Positions 46,598 to 56,540 of a stretch of 58,246 bases of DNA are shown in pieces. The stretch is from assembly GCA_964014485.1 (NCBI GenBank), contig CAXHAT010000018.1, positions 1 through 58,246 of the forward strand. Reading direction: 5' to 3'. Every line of letters begins with the position of its first letter. Position 1 is the stretch's first letter. The stretch is from an uncultured Deferribacteres bacterium (GTDB lineage: Bacteria > Zhuqueibacterota > Zhuqueibacteria > Zhuqueibacterales > Geothermadaptataceae). The notes under the pieces are model-generated. The model was not told the origin of the DNA and searched no databases. It saw nothing but the letters and a program-made list of their open reading frames with translations. The position numbers and the translations under genes are program-made.

Positions 46598-47482
46598 CTA
46601 TCGAATGTCCCTGCCCCAGTTCAATTTCGATTTTAGTACGTCAAAAAAAGTGTGTCCTTCGCGTTGCAGCAACGGTACGCGATAACCCGCGTCGTATAGC
46701 CGCAATTCTTCCCGCGGGTTTAGCGTCGCCACTCTGCGTCCGTCGGCGCTTACTACCATTTCTCCTTTTTCAGAAGATGAAGCGGCGATTCGAATGCGCG
46801 CGTTTAAATTAACAACGACCGGACGCGTTGTTAGAGAATGGGGACAGATCGGCGTGATGATGAGTGCATCCAAAGCAGGCTCGATAAGAGGCCCGCCCGC
46901 AGCCATCGAATAGGCTGTTGAGCCTGTCGGCGTTGAGACGATGATTCCATCGGCAATAAATTGCGCAATATCAACGTTGTCGATCCAGAGCCGGATGCGC
47001 ATAGCCTGGGAGGCTTGCATTCTCGAGACAACAAAATCATTCAACGCGTAAGCGCGTTTCCTTCTTTCGCTGCTCTTGCTTAGTATTTCGCCGCCGAGAA
47101 CATAGCGTTTTTGCAGCGTGGCGCGTTGCCCTGTGACTTCTTCAAAAGCGGCGCGAAAATCTTCCGGGACGACGTCCGCGAGAAAGCCGAGTCCGCCGAA
47201 TTTGACGCCGAGAATAGGCGCGCCGTCCTTCTCCGCCAGCCGTGCAGCGAGCAAGATCGTACCGTCCCCGCCAAGCGTGATGAGCAAATCGACGTCTTGA
47301 AACAGCTTTTTACTTTTTTTGGGGCAGATAGTCAAACCGGAAACGCCTGCGGAATCGATCATTTCGGCGAGGTCGGCGGGAATGCGTATTTGATGATCTT
47401 GAGCGGCGAGCCAAGCGATCCACTCGGAAAGATAATCACGAATATCGTGACGTTTGGGATTTCCAAAAAAACCGATGCGCAT
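46598..47482 (-). CDS. nadK: NAD+ kinase
   Basis: LGGDGT, LGFL, ALND, DGIIVSTPTGSTAYSMAAGG. Confidence 0.95.
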   Translation of the reverse strand: MRIGFFGNPKRHDIRDYLSEWIAWLAAQDHQIRIPADLAEMIDSAGVSGLTICPKKSKKLFQDVDLLITLGGDGTILLAARLAEKDGAPILGVKFGGLGFLADVVPEDFRAAFEEVTGQRATLQKRYVLGGEILSKSSERRKRAYALNDFVVSRMQASQAMRIRLWIDNVDIAQFIADGIIVSTPTGSTAYSMAAGGPLIEPALDALIITPICPHSLTTRPVVVNLNARIRIAASSSEKGEMVVSADGRRVATLNPREELRLYDAGYRVPLLQREGHTFFDVLKSKLNWGRDIR

Positions 47483-47487
47483 GGGTC

Positions 47488-47715
47488 TTATTCTTCAAAT
47501 TCCAGCAAATCCAACTGAAAGCCCTGGTTGTTTCGCACGAGTTTTTTGAGTTTCCGTTCCGCATCGTCGAGGTGTTTCGCGCATTGGTTGGCGAGCGTCA
47601 TGCCTTCTTCAAAAGCGCCGATTGCTTCGTCCAATGGAATGTCGCCGCTCTCCAGTTTCTGGACAATTTCTTCCAGACGCTCTAAAGATGATTCAAAGGT
47701 CGTTTTTTTGGCCAT
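47488..47715 (-). CDS. xseB: exodeoxyribonuclease VII small subunit
   Basis: FE.SL.RLEEIV..LE.G.IPLDEAI..FEEG. Confidence 0.94.
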   Translation of the reverse strand: MAKKTTFESSLERLEEIVQKLESGDIPLDEAIGAFEEGMTLANQCAKHLDDAERKLKKLVRNNQGFQLDLLEFEE

Positions 47716-47725
47716 TTCAAAAATT

Positions 47726-48952
47726 TCAGTTTTTCCGGTTCAACTCTCCTTCAAGAGTTCCATCGGAGAATGTTATTTCTACGGCATGTTTGGCGTTTAC
47801 TTGTGAGACGCTCGACAGAACCTTGCCGTCTTCAGCGTCGCGAATAACAACAAAGCCGCGCTTTAAAATGCTTTCATAACTCAAGGCGTTGAGTTCCCTT
47901 TTCAACGCTTCGAATCGCATGCGTTCCTTTGCCGCGTGTGCAGACGCCGCTCTTTGCATGCGCAAGCTGAGTTCGTCTAGGCGTTGAGAGTATTGTTTGA
48001 CAATGTCGCGAGGGCGACGCAAACCATAGCTTAATTGCAGCCCGTTCAGTTTTTCGCGCGCCTGCGCCGTCTGAGCTTTCGTTAAGCTGTAAGCACGCGA
48101 AATCTGCTGTGAAATCAAAGCGAAAACTTCTTTTGAATCGGGTACGGCGAGTTCAGCGGCGGCGGAAGGCGTCGCGGCGCGCACGTCCGCAACAAAATCA
48201 GCTATGGTAAAATCCACTTCGTGGCCGACGCTCGAAATAATCGGGATTTCAGAGTCGTGGATGGCGCGCGCCACGATTTCTTCGTTAAACGCCCACAAAT
48301 CTTCCAATGAACCTCCCCCGCGCCCAACGATCAAAAGATCGACATTACCGTAGTCATTGAATTCGCTGATAGCGTCCGCGACGTCTTTTGCCGCGCCGTC
48401 TCCCTGAACGAGCGCCGGTCTTAGAATGAGCTCCGCGGCCGGCCAGCGCCGACGAAGCACGGAGAACAAATCGCGCAACGCAGCTCCGGTCGGTGAAGTG
48501 ACAATGCCGATGGCTTCAGGAAATTGCGGCAGTTCTTGTTTATGCGATTCATCGAACAAGCCTTCTTCCAGCAATTTTTCCTTTAATTGCTCAAACGCCA
48601 TTTGCAGCGCGCCAACTCCTGAAGGGTGCATTTCATGTACATCGAGCTGGTATTGACCTCGCCGCTCATAGACGGTGATGCGCCCGTGAAGCAACACCTT
48701 CATGCCGTTGACCGGTTCAAAACGCAAAAGAGCGTTTCGCCCCGCCCACATGGTGCAAGACATGGTCGCCTTGGCGTCCTTAACGGAAAAATACATGTGC
48801 CCGGAACTGTGGTGGATGAAGTTGGATATCTCGCCTTCGATCCACATGTGCGGCAATTGCGATTCAATCAGTTGTTTGATAAGCTTGGTCGCTTCAGAGA
48901 CGCTCAAAGTTCCGCGTTCTTGCGACAAGGGCAGGTCGATAAAATCTCTCAT
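47726..48952 (-). CDS. xseA: exodeoxyribonuclease VII large subunit
   Basis: GEISN...SGH.YF..KD, RGGGS.EDLWAFN, GHEVD, TPSAAAE. Confidence 0.96.
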   Translation of the reverse strand: MRDFIDLPLSQERGTLSVSEATKLIKQLIESQLPHMWIEGEISNFIHHSSGHMYFSVKDAKATMSCTMWAGRNALLRFEPVNGMKVLLHGRITVYERRGQYQLDVHEMHPSGVGALQMAFEQLKEKLLEEGLFDESHKQELPQFPEAIGIVTSPTGAALRDLFSVLRRRWPAAELILRPALVQGDGAAKDVADAISEFNDYGNVDLLIVGRGGGSLEDLWAFNEEIVARAIHDSEIPIISSVGHEVDFTIADFVADVRAATPSAAAELAVPDSKEVFALISQQISRAYSLTKAQTAQAREKLNGLQLSYGLRRPRDIVKQYSQRLDELSLRMQRAASAHAAKERMRFEALKRELNALSYESILKRGFVVIRDAEDGKVLSSVSQVNAKHAVEITFSDGTLEGELNRKN

Positions 48953-49076
48953 TTCGCTCCGGAATTCGCAGAAACGGTCAGCCCGCTTTCCCCATTACAC
49001 CAAAAGTCCTGTCGCTGTTTGGCGTGTGTGATCCGGCTGCGGCGGCGACAGGACGATTTCAAATATATTTTCTTAT

Positions 49077-49250
49077 CTCATGTTACGCAATTTCGGAAAT
49101 TTTCAAAATAGCACCTGAGAAACGTCACTTTTGCGTCATTCCCGCGCAGGCGGGAATCCAGTCAATCGCGCACAGCCCCTGGATTCCCGCCTGCGCGGGA
49201 ATGACTTTAACGAGAGTTTCTACGGCGGCACGGCTATCGCGTAACATCAG
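49077..49250. mobile_element. 174-bp MITE copy 2 with internal REP doublet
   Basis: TIRs CTCATGTTACGC / GCGTAACATCAG (1 mismatch); flanking direct repeat TTCTTAT(CTC) at 49070 and 49251; core 49135-49205 identical to copy 1. Confidence 0.85.
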
Positions 49251-49253
49251 TTC

Positions 49254-49622
49254 TTATCTCTTTTTTCTTTTTAACAGAACGTCTCGGATACAGGACAGCA
49301 GATTGGATAGATCAGAAGATTTTACAACGTAGGCGTCTGCGATGCGGCCGCGCCAGTTGTCCTTCCAGGCGCCGTAGGCAGTGTGTAGAATAATCGGCAG
49401 ATTTTCGTTCAGATTGATAATTCTGCCCATCAGATCAAGCCCGTCTTCGCCGTTCAACTGAATGTCCAACACGGCAACGTCCGGTTTATATCGCGTCACG
49501 ATGTTTAACGCTTCAGCGCCGTTGCGCGATGCAAACACTTCGTATCCTTCGTCTTCCAATTCCTGCTGGTAAAGCAGCCTCTGGGCCGCTTCATCCTCAA
49601 CAAGTAATACTTTTTTACTCAT
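49254..49622 (-). CDS. single-domain response regulator
   Basis: VLLVEDE, AVLDI, ILHTAY, AYVVKS. Confidence 0.92.
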   Translation of the reverse strand: MSKKVLLVEDEAAQRLLYQQELEDEGYEVFASRNGAEALNIVTRYKPDVAVLDIQLNGEDGLDLMGRIINLNENLPIILHTAYGAWKDNWRGRIADAYVVKSSDLSNLLSCIRDVLLKRKKR

Positions 49623-49643
49623 AACTCCTCTAATGCTTAATCA

Positions 49644-51845
49644 TCACACGATTATGTCCTCATAAGGGCTGTGTCGCCCGTTCGTGCTCGAATAATCAGT
49701 CGTTTCCATTGGCAGCGCGATCCGGAAAACCGTGCCGTGCCCGACTTCGGAAATGACTGTAATTTCACCTCCATGGTCGTTAATGATTCTCTGGGAAATA
49801 GCAAGGCCGAGACCCGTGCCGTGTTTTTTTGTTGTAAAAAAAGGATTAAAAATCACCTTGCGTTTATCGGGCGGGATGCCGCCGCCGTTGTCAGCGATTG
49901 TCAAAACAAAATCATCGTTCCGGTTCTTCGTATCAATGCGTACAAGGCCGTTCGCATTAATTGATTGTTCGCTATTTCTAAGCAAGTTCAGCAAGACTTG
50001 TCGCACCTGTGCTTCGTCGAAGAAAAACTCATCGTTTGCCGCTTCCAAATCGATTTGCAGGTCGATGTTGTTTTGCTCGAATCCATTTTGCACTTGCTCG
50101 CAAACCGATTTCACGGTTTGATTCATTCTAAAAAGACCTTTTTCAGGGCGCGGAAGTTTTGTGAAATTCAGAACATTTTCAAGTATTTTTTCGAGACGTA
50201 GAACCTCGTCCGCGATAATCTCCGCCGGCATGTTGCGCTGATGAATTCGTCCCGCTTTTTTAACCAGTTGGCGAGCGAATCCGCCAATCGTCACCAACGG
50301 GTTTCTTATTTCATGCGCGACATGCGCCGCCATTTCGCCAATTGCCGCGAGCTGCTCAGAGCGTATGAGCCGATCTTGCGTATCCCGCAACGCTTCATAA
50401 GCGTGCTCCAACTTGCGCTTTTCGATATTTAGTTGCGTGTGAGCCCGCGCACGATCAAGTAAGTTCGCAGCTTGCCCGGCAAAAACGATCAACAGTTCAA
50501 TTTGCCCCTTGTTGATCGGCTTACTATCAAACTTATTATCGCACACAATCATGCCGAGCAATCTATTGTTTGCGACGAGCGGCGCGGCAATAAAATCTTG
50601 TAAGTCCAACTCTTCGGCGGTTGGTAATCCGTCTTCGTATTTCGCCAAATCAGCCGCTTGGCCTCGAAAAACGCCTTTGCCGCGAATTTTTTGAATCACC
50701 GGACAAGAAGAGGTCAGCAAGAACTCCGATGAACGCGCCAATCGATTGACCGGGTGATTTTCTGCGGGCCGGTCATGACCATACTTGGCAAGGAATTCTC
50801 GCAACGACAAATTTTCTTGTTCCAGCTCATCCCAGATTCTCAGCGCATCAGCCCTGCTCTTGGGACCCACGCCCATTTTGCCAACGAGCTTCCCTTCTTT
50901 CGGATCCGCCAGAAAAAACAACGCTCTCTTAAATCCCAAGCCCTGCCCGGCAGTCGTCGCCGTCAAGATGAGGTGGATCAGCGAGTCAACGTCAAACGCG
51001 TCTTGCATAGCCATTGAAATCTGTGCAAGCATGTTACGCTGGTGTTGAACGTGTTCTCGCTCAGAAACGTCTTCGACCAAACCGATCACGCCTTCATTAC
51101 CGGCGTCGCTCTGAGGTTTCATTGGCACGAAACGCGCATTCAAAACTGCATTCTCGCCGTTTGGCAGCGTCCAATGAAAAAGTTCCTTCGTCCAAGTCGA
51201 TTTGCTTTCAAGCACAGCTTTTACGCCTGCTGAAATGAAACTTCCTTGCACGACGGAATGAGTTGCTACGGCGTCTTCCGACAGTTTCTCATCCGGCTGC
51301 GAAGAAACAAGGGCGTTAAATTTTGGATTTGACTCCAGGATTTTTCCTTGCGCGTCAGTTGTGATGATTCCGACCGGCGCATTCTGGATGACGTGCTCCA
51401 GATGCTCTTTCGTCGCGCGAATTTCATTCTCCAAACGCCTGTTTTTCTTTCGCACATCGGCGATTATGAAAATATTCTCAAGCAGATTGCTGAGTTCGCG
51501 CAAGCCGAACGGCTTCTTTAAACACGCCGAGGCGCCTTTGTTAATCAACCGCTGCTTTAGTTCGTCTTCGCCGCCTTTCGCCGTCAGAAAAATGACGGGC
51601 GTGTCTCGCACCTCGTGAAATTCCGGTGAGTACCGCAGGCGACGAAACGCCTCCTCGCCATTAATGCCCGCCATCATATAATCAAGCAGAACCACATCCG
51701 GTTTCTCCTCGATGACGGCGCGCAAACCGCTCTCCCCAGTAAACGCCGAAATCAAATCGTATCCGGCTCTTTCGAGATAGGCTTGTGCGAGGTCGTGCAT
51801 GATTTGCTCATCATCCACGAGCAAAATTTTATGAGAGCGTGCCAT
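49644..51845 (-). CDS. hybrid sensor histidine kinase (REC-PAS-GAF-HisKA-HATPase)
   Basis: N-terminal receiver (LVDDE, LLDYMM, KPF), [21 protein letters not shown]...[14 protein letters not shown]. Confidence 0.92.
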   Translation of the reverse strand: MARSHKILLVDDEQIMHDLAQAYLERAGYDLISAFTGESGLRAVIEEKPDVVLLDYMMAGINGEEAFRRLRYSPEFHEVRDTPVIFLTAKGGEDELKQRLINKGASACLKKPFGLRELSNLLENIFIIADVRKKNRRLENEIRATKEHLEHVIQNAPVGIITTDAQGKILESNPKFNALVSSQPDEKLSEDAVATHSVVQGSFISAGVKAVLESKSTWTKELFHWTLPNGENAVLNARFVPMKPQSDAGNEGVIGLVEDVSEREHVQHQRNMLAQISMAMQDAFDVDSLIHLILTATTAGQGLGFKRALFFLADPKEGKLVGKMGVGPKSRADALRIWDELEQENLSLREFLAKYGHDRPAENHPVNRLARSSEFLLTSSCPVIQKIRGKGVFRGQAADLAKYEDGLPTAEELDLQDFIAAPLVANNRLLGMIVCDNKFDSKPINKGQIELLIVFAGQAANLLDRARAHTQLNIEKRKLEHAYEALRDTQDRLIRSEQLAAIGEMAAHVAHEIRNPLVTIGGFARQLVKKAGRIHQRNMPAEIIADEVLRLEKILENVLNFTKLPRPEKGLFRMNQTVKSVCEQVQNGFEQNNIDLQIDLEAANDEFFFDEAQVRQVLLNLLRNSEQSINANGLVRIDTKNRNDDFVLTIADNGGGIPPDKRKVIFNPFFTTKKHGTGLGLAISQRIINDHGGEITVISEVGHGTVFRIALPMETTDYSSTNGRHSPYEDIIV

Positions 51846-51891
51846 TAGTTTGAATGATTATGGGCGGGGTAAACTTGTAAAGAATGATGAG

Positions 51892-51923
51892 TCATCCCAT
51901 TCGAAACCATTCAAATGGGATGA
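51892..51923 (-). terminator. stem-loop after bS22 (terminator or processing stem)
   Basis: Minus-strand UCAUCCCAUUUGAA-UGGU-UUCGAAUGGGAUGA, 14 bp with one G-U; weak U tract. Confidence 0.5.
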
Positions 51924-51949
51924 TCAAATTCGAGTTGCAGAAAAGCAGT

Positions 51950-52045
51950 CTATCTGTTTTTCTTCTTGTGGCGATTCTTTCTTAGGCGTTTTTTGCGCTT
52001 GTGTGTGGCAATTTTATGTCTTTTTCTCTTCTTACCGCTCGGCAA
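51950..52045 (-). CDS. 30S ribosomal protein bS22 (AURKAIP1/COX24, mS38-like), 31 aa
   Basis: TTG start 7 nt after AGGAGGTG; MPSGKKRKRHKIATHKRKKRLRKNRHKKKNR*. Confidence 0.9.
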   Translation of the reverse strand: MPSGKKRKRHKIATHKRKKRLRKNRHKKKNR

Positions 52046-52095
52046 TCGAATTCACCTCCTTAGAGTCCGCTAAAAAGTTCCAGTTTCAAATTTGT

Positions 52096-52398
52096 TTAAA
52101 CTATAGCCTCGGGCACAGACAGCCCTTTATCCACTGACGCTCGCAAATCTTTCGACGCACGAAAAACCGGCGATTTGTGCGGCGGAACGTTCATCTTTTT
52201 CCCGGTTTTCGGGTTGATCCCGCGACGACCGTTACGGTTGACAACTCGAAAACTGCCGAATCCGCGAATGGTCACGGAATCGCCTGTAGAAAGCGCATAA
52301 TTTACCGTTGCTAAAAAGCCGTCCACTACGGCGGCCGTTTCAAGCTTTGTGAGCCCGGTTCCTTCAGCAACAATGTCAACGATATCCGTCTTGGTCAT
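52096..52398 (-). CDS. HU family DNA-binding protein
   Basis: MTKTDIV, VTIRGFGSF, GINPKTG, PVFRASK. Confidence 0.92.
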   Translation of the reverse strand: MTKTDIVDIVAEGTGLTKLETAAVVDGFLATVNYALSTGDSVTIRGFGSFRVVNRNGRRGINPKTGKKMNVPPHKSPVFRASKDLRASVDKGLSVPEAIV

Positions 52399-52424
52399 GA
52401 CGCGCCTCGCTATTTTTTAGAGTT

Positions 52425-53312
52425 TTACATGACAAGCTGGTAGCGCAGGATTGGTTGTGTCTGTATATTATTTAAAACGCTCTCTACATCCTGAAATAAC
52501 AAGTCAAACAAAGTGACTTTCTTTTTGTAAGGTCGAACAACGTCAGGCTCGCCGGAAATGCCTGCTGCATCAGCGGCAATTCTAAGGACGTCTTCAAAAG
52601 TTCCCAGACCGTCGATCAGCCCAAACTCTTCAGCCTGTTTTCCAGTATAAATTCGTCCGTCGGCCAAACTTAGAATTTCATCTCGCTTCAGTTCGCTTCT
52701 CGCCGCGACAATCACATCGACAAACTGATAATAAGCGTCATCCACAAAAGCCTTCAACACGCGCCGCTCTTCTTCTTTCAAAGGGCGGCTGCTGTCGCCA
52801 ATGTCTTTAAATTTTCCGCTTTTAATATTGTTGTACTTCAAGCCGATTTTCTCATAGAGTCCGGAATACTCAGCCAGGCTCAAAATCACGCCCAGACTGC
52901 CGGTGGTCGTTCCGGGATTGGCGATGATCGTATCCGCGGCGCATGCAACGTAGTAACCTCCGGAAGCCGCAGTTTCCGACATGCTTGCAGCGACAAAGAT
53001 ACCGTCATCTTTAGCCCGCTTTAACGCTTCATAGATTTCCTGGCTCGCCACCACTCCGCCGCCCGGACTGTTTATCCGGACAACCAACGCCTTTATGCTT
53101 GCGTCATTCCTGAAATCGTCAATAATCTTGACCGTTGACAAGCTGCTCAGGATCACTCCCTGAATTTCGACAACGCCGATGCGTTTCCCAAATGAAGCGA
53201 TCGGCAGGGCGCGCGAACTGCTCCCGCCCGAGGGCGAGAAGATCAGCGTGACAAATACAAAACCCGCCAAAAGTAGCAGGCCGATCATGAATATTTCGGA
53301 AAACTTTCTCAT
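52425..53312 (-). CDS. sppA: signal peptide peptidase SppA (36K type)
   Basis: RINSPGG, AASGGYY, GSLGV, KSGKFKD, ADGRIYTG.QA. Confidence 0.93.
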   Translation of the reverse strand: MRKFSEIFMIGLLLLAGFVFVTLIFSPSGGSSSRALPIASFGKRIGVVEIQGVILSSLSTVKIIDDFRNDASIKALVVRINSPGGGVVASQEIYEALKRAKDDGIFVAASMSETAASGGYYVACAADTIIANPGTTTGSLGVILSLAEYSGLYEKIGLKYNNIKSGKFKDIGDSSRPLKEEERRVLKAFVDDAYYQFVDVIVAARSELKRDEILSLADGRIYTGKQAEEFGLIDGLGTFEDVLRIAADAAGISGEPDVVRPYKKKVTLFDLLFQDVESVLNNIQTQPILRYQLVM

Positions 53313-53328
53313 CGTGCTAGGAGAATCT

Positions 53329-53404
53329 GCTTATGGAGACCAACGCTTCAGTGTTGGTTCGGCATGGATGCTTGTCGCGACGATAAATCGTCGCACTCCA
53401 AAGC
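53329..53404. repeat. inverted doublet of GGAG-tagged REP-like palindromes
   Basis: TGGAG-ACCAACGC-TTCA-GTGTTGGT ... GCGACGA-TAAA-TCGTCGC-ACTCCA; outer GCTT.TGGAG / CTCCA-AAGC pairing. Confidence 0.55.
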
Positions 53405-53438
53405 GCTCAACTCAAGTTAAATTAACAAAATAACGCGG

Positions 53439-53467
53439 ATAATACAAAACGCGTCGACAAATGTCAA
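53439..53467 (-). promoter_or_regulatory. sigma70 promoter for sppA-HU-bS22
   Basis: TTGACA-17 bp-TATTAT. Confidence 0.75.
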
Positions 53468-53511
53468 GCGGATTGACCTTTGCCATGACTCATGGCAAGC
53501 AACAAAAAAAC

Positions 53512-55215
53512 TTATCTCACGACGGCCAATTTCGTCGCATCGTTAAAACCGGAGTCCGTCTGCAAAATGACAAAATAGATTCCTCCAGGCGCTTGTTCAC
53601 CGGCTGCATTGTTCCCGTCCCACACGAATTGGTTCGGGCCGGCGGGCTTGCGACCTTCAAGACTCTCCACCAGCCTTTGCCCGGCTTCAGTCACGACTGC
53701 GATGGTAACGTCAGCAGTTTCCGGCAAATTGTAGGAAATGGCCACCACACTGTTTTCGCGCAGATTGAACGGGTTTGGCCGGATTGTTTGGAAGCCGTCG
53801 CCGCCCAATTCGATTTCCCTCAGCGACAGCCCGACATTGAAAACTTCATGATCCAGCGAATTGGCTGAACCGGCGGGATTTTCGGGGATATTGCCGTTTA
53901 CGACGACGAGATTGACGCGACCTTCGTTCTCAGTGACAGTCAAAACATACGGCGCATTCTCCACGACAATGTTTGATACGCCAAGATCGCCGCTCAAGTC
54001 CTGCGGAGCTCCGGCCAATCGAAAGCCGCCGGGAAAAGCGGCAGCGGTCGTCGCCGAAAAATTCTTTGAAGCGTCCGTCTCAATATCGTAAAACCTGCCT
54101 GACAACGCCCGCGTGGAATCAGCAAACGTCGTGTCATTCAGTACAGTGAACGAATTGCGAACGCCCACGTCGGGATACAAGATTGCGTCATCAAAAAACT
54201 CGCCTTCGACGGCGCGCGTTCTCGTGTAAAGGCACCAGGTATAAAATTCCGCCAAAGCGTCCGCAAAGCTCGCTTTCTTTGTTTCAACTTCGTTAACTAT
54301 CGCCGTAATCGGAGCGACTTCCGCATAGCCTTCCCACATGCTCTGAAAACTTGCAACGCCCTGCGTGTCCACCCAATACTTAAAAAAAATCGAAATCCCG
54401 TATTCGTGCCAGCCGTCTTGAAAGTGCAGCGGACGATCTAATTGCCTAAAAACGACCGGCAAGTATTGCAAATAGTCGTTGATTTCCGGGTAGGCGTCGT
54501 CTTCAAACCACACGGCGCTCATTTCAAAGAAAAACTGCTCGCGCGAATTGCGATAATTATAGGCGAATTGCACGGCATGAAAATACTCGTGCGCAACGGT
54601 AACGCGCACAGCGTCCAGCCCTTCGGTAAAAAAACCGCCGGCAAAATCATTTTCAATTTCGAGGTAGGCCGAGCGCTTGCCGTCGACAAATTCCGACGAG
54701 GTCAGACCGTAGTAAATCGCAATATCCACGAAGTAAATGTCGAACTCCTGACCGTCAACGCCGCCGTCGGGATTGTGCGGGCGAAATCCATAGGTATTGA
54801 CTAGCAAATCATAAGAATTCTCCGCCGCAATCGCCGCTTCATAAACAAAATCCGGCACGCCGTCGGGATTGGTCGATTCTGTCGGAACCGCGTCATTCCC
54901 GGCCAGCGTATAATGAATACGAAAATTACCGTTTGCCGATACATAACTGTCCGTCAGGGCGGGACGCTGGGCGTAAGTTTTCAAAAGCTCAAGATGATCG
55001 TCGCGAGCATTTTCTCGATGCTCTTTCAAAAAGAGCAAATCTCCAGTTCCGCATTTTTGATGGGGCGTTTCCCCACTCAACAACGCGTCGATGCGCGCAA
55101 ATCTATCGTCAGCGGCCGCTTTCTCCTCCGCGGCGACTGTTCCGAAGGCAAATCCAAAGCACAGGTTCAAAATCAAGATGCAGCGTGGAAAGATCCGTCC
55201 TTTCATCCTTATCAC
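53512..55215 (-). CDS. secreted MXAN_6640-like Zn metalloprotease with T9SS/FlgD-type CTD
   Basis: Signal peptide, KCGT propeptide, FRIHY, AHEYFHAVQ...E..AVW.ED, C-terminal PNPF...WDG.N..G...GGIYF. Confidence 0.82.
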   Translation of the reverse strand: MIRMKGRIFPRCILILNLCFGFAFGTVAAEEKAAADDRFARIDALLSGETPHQKCGTGDLLFLKEHRENARDDHLELLKTYAQRPALTDSYVSANGNFRIHYTLAGNDAVPTESTNPDGVPDFVYEAAIAAENSYDLLVNTYGFRPHNPDGGVDGQEFDIYFVDIAIYYGLTSSEFVDGKRSAYLEIENDFAGGFFTEGLDAVRVTVAHEYFHAVQFAYNYRNSREQFFFEMSAVWFEDDAYPEINDYLQYLPVVFRQLDRPLHFQDGWHEYGISIFFKYWVDTQGVASFQSMWEGYAEVAPITAIVNEVETKKASFADALAEFYTWCLYTRTRAVEGEFFDDAILYPDVGVRNSFTVLNDTTFADSTRALSGRFYDIETDASKNFSATTAAAFPGGFRLAGAPQDLSGDLGVSNIVVENAPYVLTVTENEGRVNLVVVNGNIPENPAGSANSLDHEVFNVGLSLREIELGGDGFQTIRPNPFNLRENSVVAISYNLPETADVTIAVVTEAGQRLVESLEGRKPAGPNQFVWDGNNAAGEQAPGGIYFVILQTDSGFNDATKLAVVR

Positions 55216-56540
55216 TTCTTTTTATAAACAAATGTCAGCGGAACGCCCCTGTAGGGAAAACGCTCCCGGAATTGATTTTCTATGTATTGGCGGTAGTTTT
55301 TCTTGATCGAATCCGGAAAATTGGCGAACAGCGCGAAAACCGGCGGCCCGTACTTGACCTGCGTCATGTAGTTAATTTTCACTTCCTTGCGATCCATTGA
55401 CGGCGGCTGATAACGCCGAACAATCTCCTGCAAAAAATTATTCAACTGGCTCGTGGAAACGCGTTCTCTACGAGTCTGGTAAACTTTTCGCGCCTCGTCC
55501 AGCACCTTAAAAACGCGCTGTCCGGAAAGCGCTGAGATGAACATCGTCGGGTAATGCTTCAAGAAAATCAGTTCGTCGCGTAATTCACGCTCAAACTCTT
55601 TCGCCGTGCCGGCGTCTTTTTCGATCAAATCCCATTTATTTGCAGCGAAAACAAGACCCTTCTTAAACCGCAAAACTTCATTAATGATCCGCTTGTCCTG
55701 ATCCGTCAATCCTTCCTCAACGTCGATCAAGACTATCGCCACATGGCAGCGCCGGATCGTTTCCAGCGTTCGAATCGTGCTGTAATACTCAATATGGTCG
55801 ACAACTCGGGATTTGCGTCGCAAGCCGGCCGTATCGACCAAAACCAAATCTTCCTTTTGGTGGCGAATTTTTGTGTCAATCGCGTCGCGCGTCGTGCCGG
55901 GAATATCCGTCACGATATGCTTGTCCTCGCCCAAAATCGCATTGACAAACGACGATTTCCCAACGTTCGGCTTGCCGATAATCGCAAGGTGCAAAACGTC
56001 TTCTTCTTCAATATCCAGATCCCGGGGCGGGCGTTTTAGATCATCAGAAATGCAAGCGAGAATGTCGTCCAGTAAATCCCCGACATTGCGCCCGGTTTCC
56101 GCCGCAATCGGGCGCGGCTCGCCAAGACCAAGCGCATGAAATTCGTGTAAATTCAGATCAAGTTTTTGCTTGTCAAGTTTGTTCACAGCGAGAAGAACCG
56201 GCTTGTCGATGCGAATGAAAAATTGCGCAATTTCTTCATCCATTGCCGTTAAGCCGTCGCGCCCGTCGGTAAGAAAAACGACCACATCCGCTTCATCGAT
56301 GCTAATTTCTACTTGTCGCAGAACTTCTTTGCCGATTTTATCATCGACGTTGGGGAAGTAGCCGCCGGTGTCGATCAGAGTAAACTCAACGCCCGACCAG
56401 TCGGCGTCGGAATATTTCCGATCTCGCGTCACACCGGAAAAATCATCGACGATGGCTTCGCGTTTTTGAATAATACGATTAAAAAGCGTGGATTTCCCAA
56501 CATTCGGGCGCCCCACGATAGTGACCACTGGTTTTCTCAT
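55212..56540 (-). CDS. der: ribosome biogenesis GTPase Der
   Basis: Two G domains (GRPNVGKS/DTGG/NKLD and GKPNVGKS/DTAG/NKWD) plus KH-like C-terminus. Confidence 0.97.
   Translation of the reverse strand: MRKPVVTIVGRPNVGKSTLFNRIIQKREAIVDDFSGVTRDRKYSDADWSGVEFTLIDTGGYFPNVDDKIGKEVLRQVEISIDEADVVVFLTDGRDGLTAMDEEIAQFFIRIDKPVLLAVNKLDKQKLDLNLHEFHALGLGEPRPIAAETGRNVGDLLDDILACISDDLKRPPRDLDIEEEDVLHLAIIGKPNVGKSSFVNAILGEDKHIVTDIPGTTRDAIDTKIRHQKEDLVLVDTAGLRRKSRVVDHIEYYSTIRTLETIRRCHVAIVLIDVEEGLTDQDKRIINEVLRFKKGLVFAANKWDLIEKDAGTAKEFERELRDELIFLKHYPTMFISALSGQRVFKVLDEARKVYQTRRERVSTSQLNNFLQEIVRRYQPPSMDRKEVKINYMTQVKYGPPVFALFANFPDSIKKNYRQYIENQFRERFPYRGVPLTFVYKKK

Noticed and set aside
49024..49332. 102-aa ORF containing VIPAQAGIQ...WIPACAGMT
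   Set aside because: It is a translation of the palindromic MITE core, a common spurious-protein signature.
51850..52137. 95-aa plus-strand ORF
   Set aside because: Antisense to the bS22 gene, which has a perfect SD and a recognisable sequence.
53329..53404. tRNA or tRNA-Sec cloverleaf
   Set aside because: No T-loop GTTC motif, no UCA anticodon in a 7-nt loop, and arm lengths do not fit.
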